Below are positions 61,401 through 64,000 of a stretch of 64,000 nt of DNA, piece by piece. Position 1 is the stretch's first letter. Each line of letters begins with the position of its first letter. The stretch comes from Plasmodiophora brassicae (lineage: Eukaryota). The notes under the pieces were generated by a model. That model ran no database searches and was not told where the DNA came from. It saw only the letters and a program-made list of their open reading frames with translations. Made by a program: the position numbers and the translations under genes. The stretch spans positions 124,001 to 188,000 of the forward strand of contig CP145424.1 in the NCBI GenBank assembly GCA_036867785.1, written 5' to 3'.

Positions 61401-63157
61401 CCTTGAAGGAGTATCTCAGGATCAACCTGGAAGCTAATCTCATTCGTCCATCCCGTTCATCGGCGGGCGCCCCAATTCTGTTCGTCAAGAAGAAGGACGG
61501 TAGTCTTCGCCTGTGCGTAGATTACCGTGGTCTAAACTCTGTTACTATCAAGAACCGATATCCGGTTCCACTTATCGACCAGCTCTTGATCCAGCTCGGC
61601 TCCGGAACAATCTTCACGAAAATCGACCTCCGCAGCGCCTATAACCAAGTTCGGATCCGAGAAGGCGATGAGTGGAAGACGGCCTTCCGCACGCCGTACG
61701 GCTTGTTCGAGTACTTAGTCATGCCGTTTGGCTTAGCCAACGCGCCGGCCTCCTTCCAGTACTTCATGAACGAGACGTTCAAGGATTTCCTTGATGTATT
61801 TGTGGTAATCTACTTGGACGACATCCTGATCTACTCATCGACTCCCGAGGACCATGAACGCCATGTCCGTCTCGTCCTACACCGACTCCGCACTGCTCAA
61901 CTCCACGCTAAACTGGAGAAGTGCGTCTTCAATACGGACGAAGTGGAATTTTTAGGTTTCTTGGTGTCCTCCTCCGGGATACGGGTTGAACCCTCCAGGA
62001 TCGATTGCATTCTCTCGTGGCAACAGCCGACCGACGTCCACGGGGTGCAGGTGTTTCTCGGGTTCGCTAACTTCTATCGCAAGTTCGTTCCCCACTTCGC
62101 AGAGCTGGCCTTACCGCTGACAAATCTCACGCGTGATAACGTGCCGTTTCGTTGGGATCAATCGGCAGACGCCGCATTCACGGCGCTCAAGGTTGCTTTC
62201 ACGTCAGCCCCTGTCCTTGCTCATTTCGACCCAGATCGCCCGTGCGAAGTGGAAACGGATGCTTCCGATTTCGCGGTGGCAATGGTCTTGTCGCAGCGGG
62301 GCCCCGATGATGAACTTCACCCGTTGGCATTCTTCTCGCGCAAGCTCGCGCCTACTGATATCAATTTTCCTATCTACGACAAGGAACTTCTCGCGGTCGT
62401 CCAGACCTTCGAAAAGTGGCGTCAGTTCCTGGACTCATCGCGACACCAGACCGTCATCCACAGCGATCATCGGAATCTGGAATACTTCACCAGCACTCAC
62501 AAACTGAATCGTCGTCAAGTCCGATGGTCCCAACTGCTTAACGAATTTGATTTCGTTATCCAACACCGACCAGGCCGTCTTCATGGCAAGGCGGACGCCC
62601 TGACTCGTCGCCCCGAATACGCGCCTTCTGATCAGGATGAGGTTGTGCTCCAGCAGTCACTCCTGCTCCTTCCAGCGTCGCGGCTCGGGCCAGGACCCCT
62701 ACAGGAGGTCCAGATCAACGTGGCCGATACTACAACCGACGCACTCCTCGATCGTATCCGCCGCAACCAAGCTTCCGACCCGTTTGTGTGCCGCACCCGT
62801 CAGCGACTTCATCGTCCGAGCGGCCGCCACTTTAGCGTCCGAGACGACGTTCTATACCGTGGACATTCTGTGGTCGTCTCTGGCGATGACTGCAAACTGG
62901 ACATTCTTCGCTCTTTCCACGATAATGTCACGGCGGGCCACCTCGGTATTCGGAAAACCGTGCAGTTAATTCGCCGCGAATTTTGGTGGCCGGGTTTGAC
63001 CCCTTTCGTAGCCCGTTACGTGCTCTCCTGCGATACGTGTCGTCGGACTAAGACGGCTCGGCACAAGCCCTTCGGATTACTCATGCCACTCCCTCTGCCG
63101 ACGACTCTTTGGCGGTCCATTTCCATGGACTTCGTGGTTAAGCTTCCCTGTTCGAAC
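58421..63157 (+). mobile_element. Ty3/Gypsy (Tf1/sushi-like) element: 5' LTR 58421-58671, gag 58853-59839, pol truncated in integrase
   Basis: LTR TGACAGGAGA...TCTCCTGACA. CCHC '[14 protein letters not shown]', PR 'LLDCGA', RT 'LRLCVDYR..YLDD', RH 'ETDAS..DKEL', IN 'GHLG..CDTC..SISMDF'. One frameshift between PR and RT. Confidence 0.95.
59821..59827 (+). promoter_or_regulatory. -1 ribosomal frameshift heptamer G GGA AAT at the gag/pol overlap
   Basis: X XXY YYZ pattern in the gag frame, three codons before the stop. The protease ORF lies in the -1 frame. Confidence 0.75.
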
Positions 63158-64000
63158 TGTCGAACAACGTATCCACTACGACCAGCAGCACATGCCTGCA
63201 GCACGTGAACGCCGTCACGCACTCCGCGACTCCGTGCCCGCCGGCGTTGGCAACCGTTACACCGTCGGCGACTACGTCGCCACTGTAACGTCCGCCGCAC
63301 ACGCCGTACGTAATACATCCACTTCATTATTGTCCTTCTCAGATTAACAGTCGTATAGGCGCAGGCGCTGAGCCTCTACTCGCCATGGCCGAGCGCCAGG
63401 CGACGCCTAACACGGATGACGACCCGCTGCGTCATCTGTCGCTCGAGGAGATCGACACCCGAATTGCCGAAGCGGAGGCAACGATCGCCAGGCAGGAGAA
63501 GATCGACCGTCTCCGTGTCCTGCAGCAGCAGCTGGCGCGTCCGACCAGCTGTCCATCGACCCCGGCCATGCCGATCATCGCCGAGGCGCACAGCCGAAGC
63601 GACGCAGGCCGACTGCCCATGCCCAAGTTCGAAGGTACTCCCGACTCGTTCACGTCCTGGGTTCAGACAGCTGCACTCTGGTTTCGCAATCGTGGGTACG
63701 CGGACGTCATCGGGATCAACGAAGATGGCTCGCCGACTGCGACAACCGGTACGGCACACGACCCAGCTCTCGAGGCAGCCGCGCGCGAGATTCTACTCGT
63801 CCACATGCTGGACCACAAGATCGCGTCCGCATTGTCTTTGTTTCAGGCAGGCTCGGCTGCCAAGTGCTGGCGCGTGCTGTTCCAGGCGTACAGCCCGTCG
63901 TCGCTGGCATCGGTCGTGCGCGCCGTCCGCGACCTCGTCACGGTCCAGCACATGCCCGGCGAGTCGGTCGCCACGTACGCCGCCCGAGTTCAAGCAGCGG
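63158..64000 (+). mobile_element. Ty1/Copia element, LTR type A (5' LTR 63158-63341, PBS 63342, gag from 63385), running off the window
   Basis: Near-identical inverted copy of 47680-48363 joined to 45320-45480. Confidence 0.95.

Overview
Eukaryotic genomic DNA in two sharply different halves. Positions 1-36,000 are a very compact, GC-rich gene block with about 18 protein-coding genes and short (~40-70 nt) GT-AG introns. Recognisable products: F-box/SPRY protein, ferlin, PH-C2-inositol 5-phosphatase, UBE2T-like E2, eIF4E, Dbf4, membrane hybrid histidine kinase, RIC1, an atypical homeodomain protein, MAT1, TBCD, and two predicted secreted/membrane orphans. The style resembles a phytomyxid such as Plasmodiophora brassicae (inference only). 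Positions ~36,000-64,000 contain no host genes and form a nested transposon cluster: several Ty1/Copia elements, three Ty3/Gypsy elements, PIF/Harbinger and hAT-like DNA-transposon pieces, solo LTRs and a probable non-LTR retro-insertion. Many junctions and target-site duplications (TSDs) are readable by eye. The highlight is a 375-bp non-autonomous LTR element (TRIM, 52090-52464). Its two identical 127-bp LTRs each carry a complete tRNA cloverleaf (GTT at the anticodon position) followed by a T5 Pol III terminator. It shares its primer-binding site (PBS) and polypurine tract (PPT) with the neighbouring Copia elements. That PBS is complementary to the anticodon arm (5' half) of a tRNA-Asn rather than to a tRNA 3' end. 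Exon boundaries and family names were assigned by eye, without database searches.
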